A stretch of 64,000 nt of DNA from an uncultured Gammaproteobacteria bacterium (GCA_964406795.1 CAYOTA010000007.1:5898-69897), one strand, 5' to 3'. Shown: positions 54,532 to 64,000, counted from the first letter of the stretch. Notes: generated by a model from the letters alone, not told the origin. A program made the numbers and translations.

Positions 54532-55824
54532 TTAGTTGTTGTCAACTAACTTATATCCGCGGGTTTTAACAGTCACAATTTCAAAATTTGAATTCTGTTG
54601 TTTGAGCTTCACTCGTAAGCGCGCAACTAATCTATCTATTGCCCAGTCTGAAACTCCAAGTAATTCTGCTTCCGGCCAAACACTTTCAATGATTTCTTCG
54701 CGCTCGCATACATCATTTTTGTGTTTTTCCAGATATGTTAAAAGTACATGTTCTTTTTTTGATAACTCAAGTATATGATTGTCCTTTTTTTCGTTTGGAA
54801 TTTTCTCAGATAAATATGTTTCAAAAAGTGGGCTGAAAATAGAATTATTTTCTTTGATAAGTCCGGTATTAAATAAATAGTTTCCTTTTTCAGTGTCATC
54901 TGCAGTGAGTTTAGTTTTTTGAAGTATTTTTTTGAGTACTTCCTGCTCGTCTGCTGTGAGGGAATCAAGAAGCTCCTCTGACTGAAGAAGTATTCGCTCA
55001 TCTGATAACAAAAGTGTTGAAAGATCTTGCCCCTTGGAGTCTTTATTTTGCTCATGAAGCGCAATGAGTGCAAACTGAAGATACTGATTGTAACCGTCAA
55101 CAAGTGTTAACAAATCATCTTTTGAGTTATTTGAAATTTCCATATCATACTCCTTATCTGTTGTTTTAAAAATAATTTCCACATCTTCTTTTTTTGCGGG
55201 CTTAATATATAAAGTATCTGCAAATACAGATAGCGCATGTTTGGTAAAAATCTCAGAAGAAAGACTGTCAAGCGGTCTAACACTTGTAAATACAAAGCTT
55301 AATTTTCTATCCGTTGCATCAATTAGCCCCTGGAAGTTGCCAAAGAAAGTGTGTGTAGCTGATTCAATAATTCTATCAAAACGGACAAAAAATAGAGTCG
55401 GCTTATATCCAGATTCGGTTAAGAGTGTCAGGCTTTTTCTGATACCATCTATTGTTAAAAACAAATCTTGTGTTTGTATACTGTCTAAGAACAGTTGAGA
55501 TACACGTTTTTTAATCTCATTATCTTCAATAGTTTCATCCACAAAATCTGAAATCCTTTTAAAAGTAAGTATCCAAAATGGGAAAATTTCACGTTCAACA
55601 AGATCATTTAAGTCAACGGTAATAAATAGATGATTCGTGTCTTTAATGTAATGCTCTTTAATTTCTTTGTGATTGAGAAAGAATCTTAAAAAATTGCTAA
55701 TTCCTACACGTTTCATTCCAACCAGCACTACAGATCTTCTATTTTTAAGAAGTTGTCCTAATTTTTCAGAATCTTCCTGCCTAAAGGTTATGGGATATTC
55801 TGCTTCAATAATTGTTGTCCTCAT
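54532..55824 (-). CDS. Transcriptional regulator with C-terminal OmpR/PhoB-type winged-helix DNA-binding domain and large N-terminal domain of unknown function
   Basis: C-terminal LTYLEKHKNDVCEREEIIESVWP...DRLVARLRVKL...VKTRGYKLV is a trans_reg_C signature. There is no receiver domain. The N-terminal 330 aa contain a P-loop-like GMKRVGIS segment but no clear Walker A. Confidence 0.55.
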   Translation of the reverse strand: MRTTIIEAEYPITFRQEDSEKLGQLLKNRRSVVLVGMKRVGISNFLRFFLNHKEIKEHYIKDTNHLFITVDLNDLVEREIFPFWILTFKRISDFVDETIEDNEIKKRVSQLFLDSIQTQDLFLTIDGIRKSLTLLTESGYKPTLFFVRFDRIIESATHTFFGNFQGLIDATDRKLSFVFTSVRPLDSLSSEIFTKHALSVFADTLYIKPAKKEDVEIIFKTTDKEYDMEISNNSKDDLLTLVDGYNQYLQFALIALHEQNKDSKGQDLSTLLLSDERILLQSEELLDSLTADEQEVLKKILQKTKLTADDTEKGNYLFNTGLIKENNSIFSPLFETYLSEKIPNEKKDNHILELSKKEHVLLTYLEKHKNDVCEREEIIESVWPEAELLGVSDWAIDRLVARLRVKLKQQNSNFEIVTVKTRGYKLVDNN

Positions 55825-55934
55825 GCCCCTATTTTACCTGTATGTTAAGTTATTATCAAATTTGTCAGGAATATGTCACGGAGAGCGTGTAATCCAGTCA
55901 AGCTAGTGATTCACTGAAGTTATACTATAGTAGT

Positions 55935-56219
55935 ATGCCAGTTGATAGGTATTATTACAGAAACATTCAGGAACAGAGGGAACAGCCCAGTTATAAACGT
56001 GTGGTAATTGAAAAAGAGCCGCAAGAAACTCCGCCTGATCTCCTTGTAGCTTACGTAGAAAGTATAAGAGGTGGAAATGAACAAAAACTTGAAGAGTTTA
56101 GAGCAGGATATAAATCAAAGCGTGATGCTTGGAATAATTCTAGTGCAAGCACTAGGCCTTCAACCCGTGAAAGAATTTTGGCTAAATTTCGTCAGGGGCG
56201 CCAGCCTTCAAAAGCGTAG
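55935..56219 (+). CDS. Hypothetical small basic protein
   Basis: 94-aa ORF convergent with and slightly overlapping the CAP gene. Low support. Confidence 0.2.
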   Translation: MPVDRYYYRNIQEQREQPSYKRVVIEKEPQETPPDLLVAYVESIRGGNEQKLEEFRAGYKSKRDAWNNSSASTRPSTRERILAKFRQGRQPSKA

Positions 56220-56782
56220 TAGTCACCAGATCTTGCGACACAAATGAAGGGTGTGTCTTTTCGCATATTTTCTTCGTGGCCTGGGGATGCAATCCATCTC
56301 TTAACAACATCAGTATAATCTGTGTTATAGGCAATATTTTCTGTTACCTCTTGGTAAGAGGGGTATGGTAAATTCTTGTCAGTTACTCTTTTATTAAATC
56401 CATCATGTGTAAAGCTGTTTGAAATTTCCTCAGCTCTCACTTTTGCAAAACTGCATGTTTCTGTATTTGAAGATACCCTAGACAAGCCCTTTGTCTGTCT
56501 GTAACTATTTATTTCATCCAAAATATAGTTCAATGGGGAAAATGATGGGTTAGGTGCTAGTCGTGCTTTTTTTATACCAATGGATGGGGTGGGGGTTAAC
56601 GTGCTTGTAGGAGAAGGGTTACTTATTATGATGGCTGTTGGTGTTAAAGTTATGTTAATCGTTTTTGCAGCAAGTACTTGTTGTGACGTACCAGAGCTTG
56701 CATTGTCCCACAGAAAGAAAACTGCAGCTATTGAAATGATGGGAAAGATAAAGAGCACTAACAAAATTCTGCCTTTTTGCAT
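56192..56782 (-). CDS. CAP/SCP/PR-1 superfamily protein (YkwD-like), membrane anchored
   Basis: N-terminal TM, a Pro/Thr linker, and a CAP domain with SPGHEENM (SxGHxxNxL) and a C-terminal YYA...GW. Confidence 0.6.
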   Translation of the reverse strand: MQKGRILLVLFIFPIISIAAVFFLWDNASSGTSQQVLAAKTINITLTPTAIIISNPSPTSTLTPTPSIGIKKARLAPNPSFSPLNYILDEINSYRQTKGLSRVSSNTETCSFAKVRAEEISNSFTHDGFNKRVTDKNLPYPSYQEVTENIAYNTDYTDVVKRWIASPGHEENMRKDTPFICVARSGDYYAFEGWRP

Positions 56783-56854
56783 GAGTTATAGTTTTAAACT
56801 ATTTTGAAATATTTTGTCAAGAAATTTAAAGATTTTGAGGCTAATTTGCTACAT

Positions 56855-57649
56855 TTAGTTAAGAAAAATATATTCTGTTTTTATCTTTATAAATTTTTCT
56901 TTCTCAAGTTGTGCGGTGGCCGTTGAAAAATGTTCTGAGTTAATTTGTTTTTCAAGTTCTGTAATTTTCATTTTAGGATTTTTTATAAGTTGTTTTAAAA
57001 TTTTTCCTCTGACTTGTCGCACTGATCCTTCAAACTTACTTTGCTTAGTATAATGTTTACTTTTTCTGTTAGGATTTATTTCTATTTTTGAAAGAAATGC
57101 GCCGTAGTCCATAAGTGCATAATACCAATCACGCGAATTTTCGTGATCAAGAGTTGTTCCAACTAGCTGTAAGATTTCCTTATCAGTAACGCTTTTTGTA
57201 TTTTTAAAAAACTCATGAATCAAAACACGTCGTATGTTTGTCTCTATAAATACGAAAGGTTTGTTATAAGAAAATACAAAAATAGCACCAGCTGTATTTT
57301 TTCCAATACCTTTAATCTTTACTAAATTTTCCACACTAAAATCGGGATGAGTATTTAATTCTTCTGCCGCATTTTTTAAATATAAAGCACGTCTGTTATA
57401 TCCTAGTCCACTCCACAGTTTTAAAACATCGATAGTATTACCCTTTGCTAAGGATACAAGTGTAGGGAACTTTTTTATAAACTCCTCGTACTTTGAAATT
57501 ACCCGAGAAGTTTGAGTTTGCTGCAGCATAAATTCTGAAACCATAATTTTATATGGGTCGGAAATATCTCTCCAAGGGAATATGCGTTTGTTAGTTTTAT
57601 AAAAACTTAAAATCTTTTCTTGGAATTTTTTTATCTTTTCTTTTGTCAC
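56855..57649 (-). CDS. HhH-GPD DNA glycosylase, endonuclease-III-like without Fe-S cluster
   Basis: MLQQTQ motif and an HhH IKGIGKNTAGAI with Lys at the Nth catalytic position. There is no C-terminal Cys4 cluster. Confidence 0.7.
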   Translation of the reverse strand: MTKEKIKKFQEKILSFYKTNKRIFPWRDISDPYKIMVSEFMLQQTQTSRVISKYEEFIKKFPTLVSLAKGNTIDVLKLWSGLGYNRRALYLKNAAEELNTHPDFSVENLVKIKGIGKNTAGAIFVFSYNKPFVFIETNIRRVLIHEFFKNTKSVTDKEILQLVGTTLDHENSRDWYYALMDYGAFLSKIEINPNRKSKHYTKQSKFEGSVRQVRGKILKQLIKNPKMKITELEKQINSEHFSTATAQLEKEKFIKIKTEYIFLN

Positions 57650-57668
57650 AAAAAGATTATAACAGTCT

Positions 57669-60600
57669 TTAGTTTTTCTTTTTTAAATTTGCAGGAGTAA
57701 ACCAGGAGTAATACACAACCGGTATAAAAAGCAGCATGATGGTTCCTGAAAAGAAAAGGCCTGCGATAATTGCGCCCCCTAGCCCTCTCCAGAGAGGGTC
57801 AGAGAGTGTAATAGGTATTAACCCCATGATTGTTGCAAATGATGTAAGCGCAATAGGTTCAAGCCGTGATTCAGTTGCATCAACTATTCCTGCAACGAAT
57901 GGCATATTTTGTTTTTCATTAGCAGTTATTTTGTCCACAATTAGGATTGAGTTTTTAACAACAATTCCAAATAATGCCAAAATTCCAATAAGTGCCGGGA
58001 AAGAAAGTGGGGTTGCAGATATAGCAAACAAAATAAATACTCCCGAAATAGATAGGGGAATAACCAACATAACTATAATTGCTTTTCTGAATGAGGCAAA
58101 TTGAATTACCATTGTGGCTAAAATTAATACGAATGACAGAAGCATTGCTTGAAGCATGGAATTAACTGATTGTTGGTTCTCTTCATTTACGCCTCCGGTT
58201 TTCCATGAATATCCAGCAGGTAAGTTTAATCCTGAATTTGCATACTCTTCAAGCCCAGCATTTACCTCTGTAGTAGTGGCACCTCCCGTTACTTTGGCGG
58301 AAACAGACACGGTACGTTGCCCATCCTCGCGCGAAATAAGTGTAGGATTTGGTTTTAGTTCAAATCTTCCAAGAGCAGTTAGGGGAACATTGCCTGTTTG
58401 TGTAAGGATAGAAAGACTATATAGATCTTCTATGTTTTGTTCTCCTGTTCCAAGCCGCAAGGTTATGTCTTGTTCTTCATTTTTGTCGCCTGTAATTTTT
58501 GCATCATCTAACTTCATTCCTGATGCAAATGTTCTCATCCAAAGACCTAAGCTGTCTGAAGTAATACCATATGAAGTCATAATCTCAGCGTTTGGGACAA
58601 AAGATACTTTTGAAGTTCCTTCTTTTATAGATTTTTTGGCATCAATTACACCTTCTTGGGATTTAAGGTATGAAACTATTTTATTAGCATAGGTATCAAG
58701 TACCGATAAATCTTCTCCTAGTAATTTAATTTGGATATCTGCTCCTGCAGGAGGTCCTCCACTTACTTCCGTTACTGTAATTGTACCCTTTTTGTAATCA
58801 GAAAGATTATCCCGTAAGTCTTGTGCAATTGTAATTGAGTCTTTTGAACGCTCAGATCTTTCAGGAAGAGTAATTGAGAAAAGAACATTATTGCCTCCTG
58901 CTCCTGCACTTCCACCCATATCTGACATTGCCTGTCCAACGTCTGCCGTAATATAGAGAAGTTCAGGTACTTTTCTCAATTTCTCGAGTATGGCCTGAGC
59001 TTCATTTTCTGTAGTAGTGCTATTTGTTCCGGCGGGAAGTTCAAGAGAAACATATAGGTTATTTTGATCGCTACCCGGGAAAAATTCATTTTTTACAAAT
59101 CCAAATGGAACAAGTAAGTATGAGAAAATTGAGAACAAAACAACCATTACAATAACCCGCCTTCTGTTTGTTTTACTATCTAAAATACGCTCTAAAATTC
59201 GTTCATAACGCGCTCCAATTTTTTCAAAACTGATAAACCCGTGATCTATGTAGTAAGGGATTTTTTTGAATAATGGATTTTTTTGGCCTCTTTTTTGAAA
59301 CACAGCTTTTGAATTTGCAACAAGCGTTAGCCATACAATAGTAGTTATAAATACAGCTGCCAACAGTGCCATAATTGAGAAGATTAAAAATATTCCTTTT
59401 GGGGCAACTACAAAGAACACTATAAGGAGAACTACAAAAAGTAAGATTTTAAGAAATATGGAAACGCGTTTAGGAATTTCTGGTTTTAATAAAAATACCA
59501 TGAATGGAAGGGTTAAAAACATAGCAACAAAGAATGATGCAATAAGCGTGCTTGATACCACAATTGGGATTGATTTAATAAACTCACCGATAAGTCCGCT
59601 GGCAAGTAAAAGTGGTAAAAATGCCCATACGGTAGTTAATGTTGTAGTTAAGATTACCACTAAAAAATCTTTCCATACTAAAATTCCTGTTTGAAGTGGG
59701 GTAAATTTTCCCGATCTAAAATATGAAGTCATGGCAGAAATTACTACAATCGCATCATCCACTAATAGTCCAAGGGACAAAAGAAGGGAGAACATGGACA
59801 AAAAGTTAAGAGACAATCCGCTCAGGCTCATAACGGTAAATGAAATAAGAAATGTTAATGGCACTGCAAAGAAGGATACAATTGCCTGCCTTAGTCCTAG
59901 AAAGATAAATAATACAGCAAATACTAAAATAATTGTGAACGTAAAGTCCTTAAATAAGTTACTGAATTCTTCATCAATTTGTTCTGCAGAATTTTGAATA
60001 CTTCTTGTGTAAAACGAATTACTGTGCGGCTCTACAGTTTCGGCTACCACTTCTTCTGCATCGTTTGCTGCCTTATCTATATTTGTTGCGTTTGTTTTAT
60101 ATACTTCAAATAAAATAGCTTTTGTTGTTTTTTGATTATTAGAGGCAAAATATGTGGCCCGAGAGTCTGGTTTTGATCGTTCTGAAATGGAGGCAACTGC
60201 TGAAAGTGGAACAATTTGATTATTTATCTGAAGCTTTAAATCCCTCAGATCCTCTATGGAGTTAACCTGGCTGTCAATTGACAGTGTAAATGATGAATTC
60301 TCTGTTCTAATTGTTCCTGATGGGAATGAAGATAGGGATCTACTTACAAGTTGGGACAGAGTAAATGGATTAATGCCGTACGCTGCTGCTGTGGTAGGGT
60401 CAATGAGTACACTTATTTCCTGAGTATCTAGTCCTCCGGTTCTGACTTTATCAATTGTAGGGAGCTCTTCAAGTTTATCGGTAAGTGTTTTTGATAGACG
60501 GGCAATACTCGCGTAGTCTCCCGTTCCAATTAACACAAATGACCAGACTGGAGCATTTTCAAAATCAATTTTTTGAACCTGCGGATTTAGTGCGTCCTCT

Positions 60601-61007
60601 GGAAGTGCTACGGAGTCAATCGCGCCTTGCACGTCAGTTTTTGCTTTTTCTGGGTCAACGCGTGACGAGAACTCAATTTGGATAATGGATGCATTGTCTT
60701 GTGAAGTTGACGTAACAGTATTTACATTATCCAAGGATCTAACAGTGTTTTCCAGCGGAACAGTAACTAAGCTTTCCACGTCCGCTGGTCCTGCTCCTGG
60801 AAGTATAGTGGACACAATAACAAGTGGAATTTTAACTTCGGGGTTAAGGCGTCTTGGAAGGTTAATATAACTTATAACACCAATTCCAACAACCAGTATA
60901 AGCAGCAAAAGAGCAAGCCGAGGATTACTAATATATTTTGCAATCCACGAATTCTCTAATTTTGGATCAAACTTTAATTTGTGAAGATATGATAAGGTTT
61001 TTTTCAT
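57669..61007 (-). CDS. RND-family efflux transporter permease (AcrB-like, 12 TM, two large extracytoplasmic loops)
   Basis: 1112 aa with a duplicated 6-TM architecture and large loops after TM1 and TM7. It is adjacent to an adaptor gene. Confidence 0.85.
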   Translation of the reverse strand: MKKTLSYLHKLKFDPKLENSWIAKYISNPRLALLLLILVVGIGVISYINLPRRLNPEVKIPLVIVSTILPGAGPADVESLVTVPLENTVRSLDNVNTVTSTSQDNASIIQIEFSSRVDPEKAKTDVQGAIDSVALPEDALNPQVQKIDFENAPVWSFVLIGTGDYASIARLSKTLTDKLEELPTIDKVRTGGLDTQEISVLIDPTTAAAYGINPFTLSQLVSRSLSSFPSGTIRTENSSFTLSIDSQVNSIEDLRDLKLQINNQIVPLSAVASISERSKPDSRATYFASNNQKTTKAILFEVYKTNATNIDKAANDAEEVVAETVEPHSNSFYTRSIQNSAEQIDEEFSNLFKDFTFTIILVFAVLFIFLGLRQAIVSFFAVPLTFLISFTVMSLSGLSLNFLSMFSLLLSLGLLVDDAIVVISAMTSYFRSGKFTPLQTGILVWKDFLVVILTTTLTTVWAFLPLLLASGLIGEFIKSIPIVVSSTLIASFFVAMFLTLPFMVFLLKPEIPKRVSIFLKILLFVVLLIVFFVVAPKGIFLIFSIMALLAAVFITTIVWLTLVANSKAVFQKRGQKNPLFKKIPYYIDHGFISFEKIGARYERILERILDSKTNRRRVIVMVVLFSIFSYLLVPFGFVKNEFFPGSDQNNLYVSLELPAGTNSTTTENEAQAILEKLRKVPELLYITADVGQAMSDMGGSAGAGGNNVLFSITLPERSERSKDSITIAQDLRDNLSDYKKGTITVTEVSGGPPAGADIQIKLLGEDLSVLDTYANKIVSYLKSQEGVIDAKKSIKEGTSKVSFVPNAEIMTSYGITSDSLGLWMRTFASGMKLDDAKITGDKNEEQDITLRLGTGEQNIEDLYSLSILTQTGNVPLTALGRFELKPNPTLISREDGQRTVSVSAKVTGGATTTEVNAGLEEYANSGLNLPAGYSWKTGGVNEENQQSVNSMLQAMLLSFVLILATMVIQFASFRKAIIVMLVIPLSISGVFILFAISATPLSFPALIGILALFGIVVKNSILIVDKITANEKQNMPFVAGIVDATESRLEPIALTSFATIMGLIPITLSDPLWRGLGGAIIAGLFFSGTIMLLFIPVVYYSWFTPANLKKKN

Positions 61008-61022
61008 GAGTTAACATATTGT

Positions 61023-62477
61023 TTACGGCATCACTTCAATTTTCTGCCCTTCTACGACATTTCTGTTGACAATAACTTTGTCTCCGTTTTTGATTCCGGA
61101 AGTTATCTCTACATAATTTCCATATACCTCACCAAGTTTTATATTTCGTACTTTTGCCTTATTTTTTTCAGCCACAAAAACATATGAATTAGTTTGTGAC
61201 TGGAATACACTGTCAATCGGAATAAATGGAACTGACGCAAGCGTATCAGCGTAACCAACTGGAACCTCAATGGATATAAAGCTGTTATTTGCGACTTTTG
61301 AAATATATTCTTCCGGAATGTTATAGGTTATCGAGTAAAGTAGTTTATTGGTTGCAACAGTTGAAACATATGAAGGCACAACTTTAACTTCTTTCCCATT
61401 AATGTGAAGCGTACTTGGCTCAGTTCGGGATACACCTTGTGCAATATTTTGAGGAATGAGTACATTTAGTGTAGCCTTTGGATTATTACTTGAGACAACT
61501 GCAAGTACTGTTCCTGGATTTACATTTTGTCCAGGAGACACTAATACTCGTTCTACCGTTCCGTTAAATGGTGATGCTGGGTTCATAAGGGAGGCTTGTA
61601 CTAGTGCTAAGTTATACTGGATTTTAGAAACCTCTTTAGATAATTCTAGCGCTCTGCCTTGAACATCTAGCTGTTTTAAAGAAATATCTTTTTGAAGATT
61701 TGCAAGAGCGGTTGGTGGGTTATCTGTATTTGTAGAATACTCTAAGCCTCTCAACGCCCCTCTTAATTGATTAACTCCGGCTTGAACCTGTGCAACTGCG
61801 CCTTGTGCTTGCAAAACTTCTTGTGGGGTCGAAGCAGGATTTTGCTTTACCGACTCTAGCCCACTTCTTAACGTGTCGAGCATTGATTCATTTAAGCTAA
61901 GAAGGCTAGATGTGTCTCCCTCTGCTTTATCTGATATTTTTCGTAGTTCTTCTGTGTTGTTGCCAGTTTTTTCAGCAATTTCGCGCTGCTTTCCAATTAT
62001 TTCTTTCTGAGTATCAAATGTGTCTTTTACATTTTTATATTGTGTATAAGCTAGTTGTGCTTGAAGCCCCGGTGCATTTCCGCCTTGATAGTTGGAAGAT
62101 AAGGACACAATTGTGCTTCCGGCTCCTACCTGTTGGCCTTCATACACGTGAACATTTTGTACAATTCCTGGAGTTTGGGCAACTATCTCAATTACCCCTT
62201 CTTGATTTACTTCTGCTTGTAAGGAAACTGTTGGAGATGTCCCTATAGAGTACGTTTTAACTTGTGCAACAGCCTCTTTTACGACCGGGGTAGTTTTTGA
62301 AAAGCTGGAGATAACCTGACCAAGTAGTATGACTAGCAAGAGGAGGCCTAATGCACTAAAAAATGCAGCATAGGGATGAGCTTTTAAATATGCTGAAGTT
62401 TTTTTATACCTTCTGCTTTTTAAAGGATTCCTGGTTGCGTAAGTTTTTTGAATAGACTTTTTTACACGATTAAACAT
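61023..62477 (-). CDS. Efflux periplasmic adaptor (membrane fusion protein, HlyD family)
   Basis: N-terminal TM, a long coiled-coil hairpin, a lipoyl/beta-barrel region and a C-terminal GDKVIV...G motif. Confidence 0.7.
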   Translation of the reverse strand: MFNRVKKSIQKTYATRNPLKSRRYKKTSAYLKAHPYAAFFSALGLLLLVILLGQVISSFSKTTPVVKEAVAQVKTYSIGTSPTVSLQAEVNQEGVIEIVAQTPGIVQNVHVYEGQQVGAGSTIVSLSSNYQGGNAPGLQAQLAYTQYKNVKDTFDTQKEIIGKQREIAEKTGNNTEELRKISDKAEGDTSSLLSLNESMLDTLRSGLESVKQNPASTPQEVLQAQGAVAQVQAGVNQLRGALRGLEYSTNTDNPPTALANLQKDISLKQLDVQGRALELSKEVSKIQYNLALVQASLMNPASPFNGTVERVLVSPGQNVNPGTVLAVVSSNNPKATLNVLIPQNIAQGVSRTEPSTLHINGKEVKVVPSYVSTVATNKLLYSITYNIPEEYISKVANNSFISIEVPVGYADTLASVPFIPIDSVFQSQTNSYVFVAEKNKAKVRNIKLGEVYGNYVEITSGIKNGDKVIVNRNVVEGQKIEVMP

Positions 62478-62691
62478 ACATGAGGGGCAGGTGAGAGAAT
62501 GGCAGAGTTGAGAGTATATAGTATGTAGGTGTGATAAGTCAACCTATAATTATTCGTAACGGGTTTATCTCCTATATGGTAGTTGGTATAATTTGAATAC
62601 ATTGTATTTCGTCCATTGGTCCTAAAAGACCGCGTGCTCACTTGTTATGGCTTTGTGCATGGTGTATAATAGGGAAAGTAAAAGAAGTTTT

Positions 62692-62720
62692 GAGGTGGGA
62701 CGAAAAGCCCACCTTTTTTT
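62692..62720 (+). terminator. Intrinsic terminator-like hairpin in the nusA leader (possible autoregulatory attenuator)
   Basis: AGGTGGG-acgaaaag-CCCACCT followed by T7, ending 28 nt before the nusA ATG at 62749. There is no plus-strand gene upstream. Confidence 0.5.
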
Positions 62721-62748
62721 AAGCAAATGGTTCTTTTATCAACATATT

Positions 62749-63813
62749 ATGGCAGTCGTACAAAGATCAGAATTCGCATTAGCGCTTAATCAAATTGCCT
62801 CCGAACGGGGAGTTGATGCTTCTGTGATTATAGACACCATGAAGGGCGCTATTCTAGCTGCCTTTCGAAAAGATAATCCCTCTGACGAAGAAGACGATGT
62901 TTTCTCAGTAAGTTTAAATGATAACACCGGTGAAACACGCATTATTAAAGACGGAAAAGATATAACACCTCCTGGATTTGGACGTATTGCAGCGCAAACC
63001 GCAAAACAAGTTTTGCTTCAAAAAATTCGCGAAAAGGAAAAAGACGCAATTATTGACGAATACACAAAGAGAGTTGGAACAGTGGTAAATGGTATGATTT
63101 TGCGTTTTGCAGGCCAAAATATCATCGTTGATATTGGAAAAGCCGAGGCAATTTTGCCTTCTTCTCAAAGAATTCCTAATGAGCAATATTTCTTAAACAA
63201 GAAAATGCCTGTATATATTATGGAAATTTCAGAAGAAAAAGGCCGTGAGGTTTTAGTATCACGTGCAAGTATTGGGCTAATTGAAGGGTTATTAAAGCGT
63301 GAGGTACCGGAAATTGCCTCAGGTGCGGTTGTTATTGATAAAATTGTACGTGAGCCAGGAAGTAGAACAAAGATCTCAGTTTCATCTAAGCAATCAGGAA
63401 TTGATCCGGTTGGTTCTTGCGTAGGACAAAAGGGAGTACGTATTCAGGCCGTTATTGATGCACTTGATGGGCTTGAAAAAATTGATGTAATCCAAGGAAG
63501 TACAGACACCGTAAAGCTTATAACAAATGCTCTGTCTCCTGCAAAAAACCTTGAAGTTGTAGTTGATGAAAAAGAAAAAATTGCTCATGTTACAGCTCCA
63601 AAAGAAGAATTACCGCTGATTATTGGCCGTGAAGGACAGAACGTGAGGCTTGCGTCAAAACTTACCGGTTATAATATTGAAGTAAAAGATATTGCACCAG
63701 TTGAGGTAATTGAAGAAGTTGAACCAGTTGTTGAAGAAACTGCTGAAACACTTGAAAATCCTGAGCCAGAAGTGGTTAAGGAATCAGAAAATGAGCCTAA
63801 AGCTTCAGAATAA
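62749..63813 (+). CDS. nusA: Transcription termination/antitermination factor NusA
   Basis: NusA N-terminal domain, S1 and KH1/KH2 (GSCVGQKGVRIQAV, IGREGQNVRLA), and an acidic C-terminal tail. Start taken at MAVVQ. Confidence 0.9.
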   Translation: MAVVQRSEFALALNQIASERGVDASVIIDTMKGAILAAFRKDNPSDEEDDVFSVSLNDNTGETRIIKDGKDITPPGFGRIAAQTAKQVLLQKIREKEKDAIIDEYTKRVGTVVNGMILRFAGQNIIVDIGKAEAILPSSQRIPNEQYFLNKKMPVYIMEISEEKGREVLVSRASIGLIEGLLKREVPEIASGAVVIDKIVREPGSRTKISVSSKQSGIDPVGSCVGQKGVRIQAVIDALDGLEKIDVIQGSTDTVKLITNALSPAKNLEVVVDEKEKIAHVTAPKEELPLIIGREGQNVRLASKLTGYNIEVKDIAPVEVIEEVEPVVEETAETLENPEPEVVKESENEPKASE

Positions 63814-63839
63814 TATACTTATGAGAAGCTATTTTTACT

Positions 63840-64000
63840 ATGAGTACAGATCAAAAGAATCAAGAACAAGCCGCTTTATCTAATTTCCCCCCTGTTGTCT
63901 CTGTTTTGGGACATGTTGATCACGGTAAAACCTCACTTTTAGACGCAATCCGTAAAACAGATATTGCCTCAAGCGAGCACGGCGGAATTACCCAGCGTAT
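63840..64000 (+). CDS. infB: Translation initiation factor IF-2 (short N-terminus), 3-prime truncated by window edge
   Basis: MSTDQKNQ... then [25 protein letters not shown]...GGITQR, which is the IF2 G-domain G1 motif. Its position after nusA matches the conserved nusA-infB order. Confidence 0.85.
   Translation, partial: MSTDQKNQEQAALSNFPPVVSVLGHVDHGKTSLLDAIRKTDIASSEHGGITQR

Noticed and set aside
54530-54551. Perfect 9-bp palindrome AGTTAGTTG-TTGT-CAACTAACT
   Set aside because: It overlaps the last codons and stop of the regulator gene 54532-55824 rather than lying in a promoter region. It may be incidental or a terminator component. It is mentioned within finding 15 only, not as a separate finding.
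1-64000. Search for CRISPR arrays, rRNA and tRNA genes
   Set aside because: No regularly spaced direct repeats of 25-40 nt with unique spacers were seen. No rRNA-like conserved blocks or tRNA T-loop/acceptor signatures were found by eye. The dense tandem repeats present are coding (surface-protein linkers).

Overview
This is a low-GC, gene-dense bacterial chromosome segment with very short intergenic spacers and many 4-nt overlapping start/stop junctions. The gene content is a sortase plus LPXTG protein, dockerin modules, T4SS-like membrane proteins, a short HrcA and a short IF2, with no obvious outer-membrane proteins. From this I infer a small-genome monoderm-type organism, probably Patescibacteria/CPR-like, but this is an inference only.

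Housekeeping content:
- groEL 3-prime end, tatD and metG.
- A complete de novo pyrimidine pathway (pyrB-carA-carB-pyrC-pyrE with pyrD and pyrF adjacent).
- hrcA-grpE-dnaK, a CIRCE-controlled hsp20, queA-tgt, alkA, an Nth-like glycosylase, an RND pump with its adaptor, and nusA-infB.

Accessory content:
- A polyprenyl-phosphate glycan-synthesis cluster at 2068-7427 (processive GT2, GT-C/PMT-like, WecA-like and UbiA/DPPR-synthase-like genes).
- A 13.6-kb co-directional block at 25153-39071, inserted between dnaK and dnaJ and continuing past dnaJ. It encodes a VirB2-like/VirB6(TcpH)-like membrane pair, a ClpC-like unfoldase lacking the ClpP-docking loop, a membrane-anchored subtilisin, an M64-like metallopeptidase with a dockerin-like tail, a class-B DnaJ, and a second ClpC paralog that is membrane-anchored and has a catalytically dead D1 ATPase module.
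- A sortase / LPXTG / Asn-Thr-rich repeat-protein surface locus at 40440-45809.

I regard the 25153-39071 block as the best candidate for an undescribed envelope proteostasis/secretion-processing system. No rRNA, tRNA or CRISPR was found. All calls rest on motif recognition by eye; no database search could be run.
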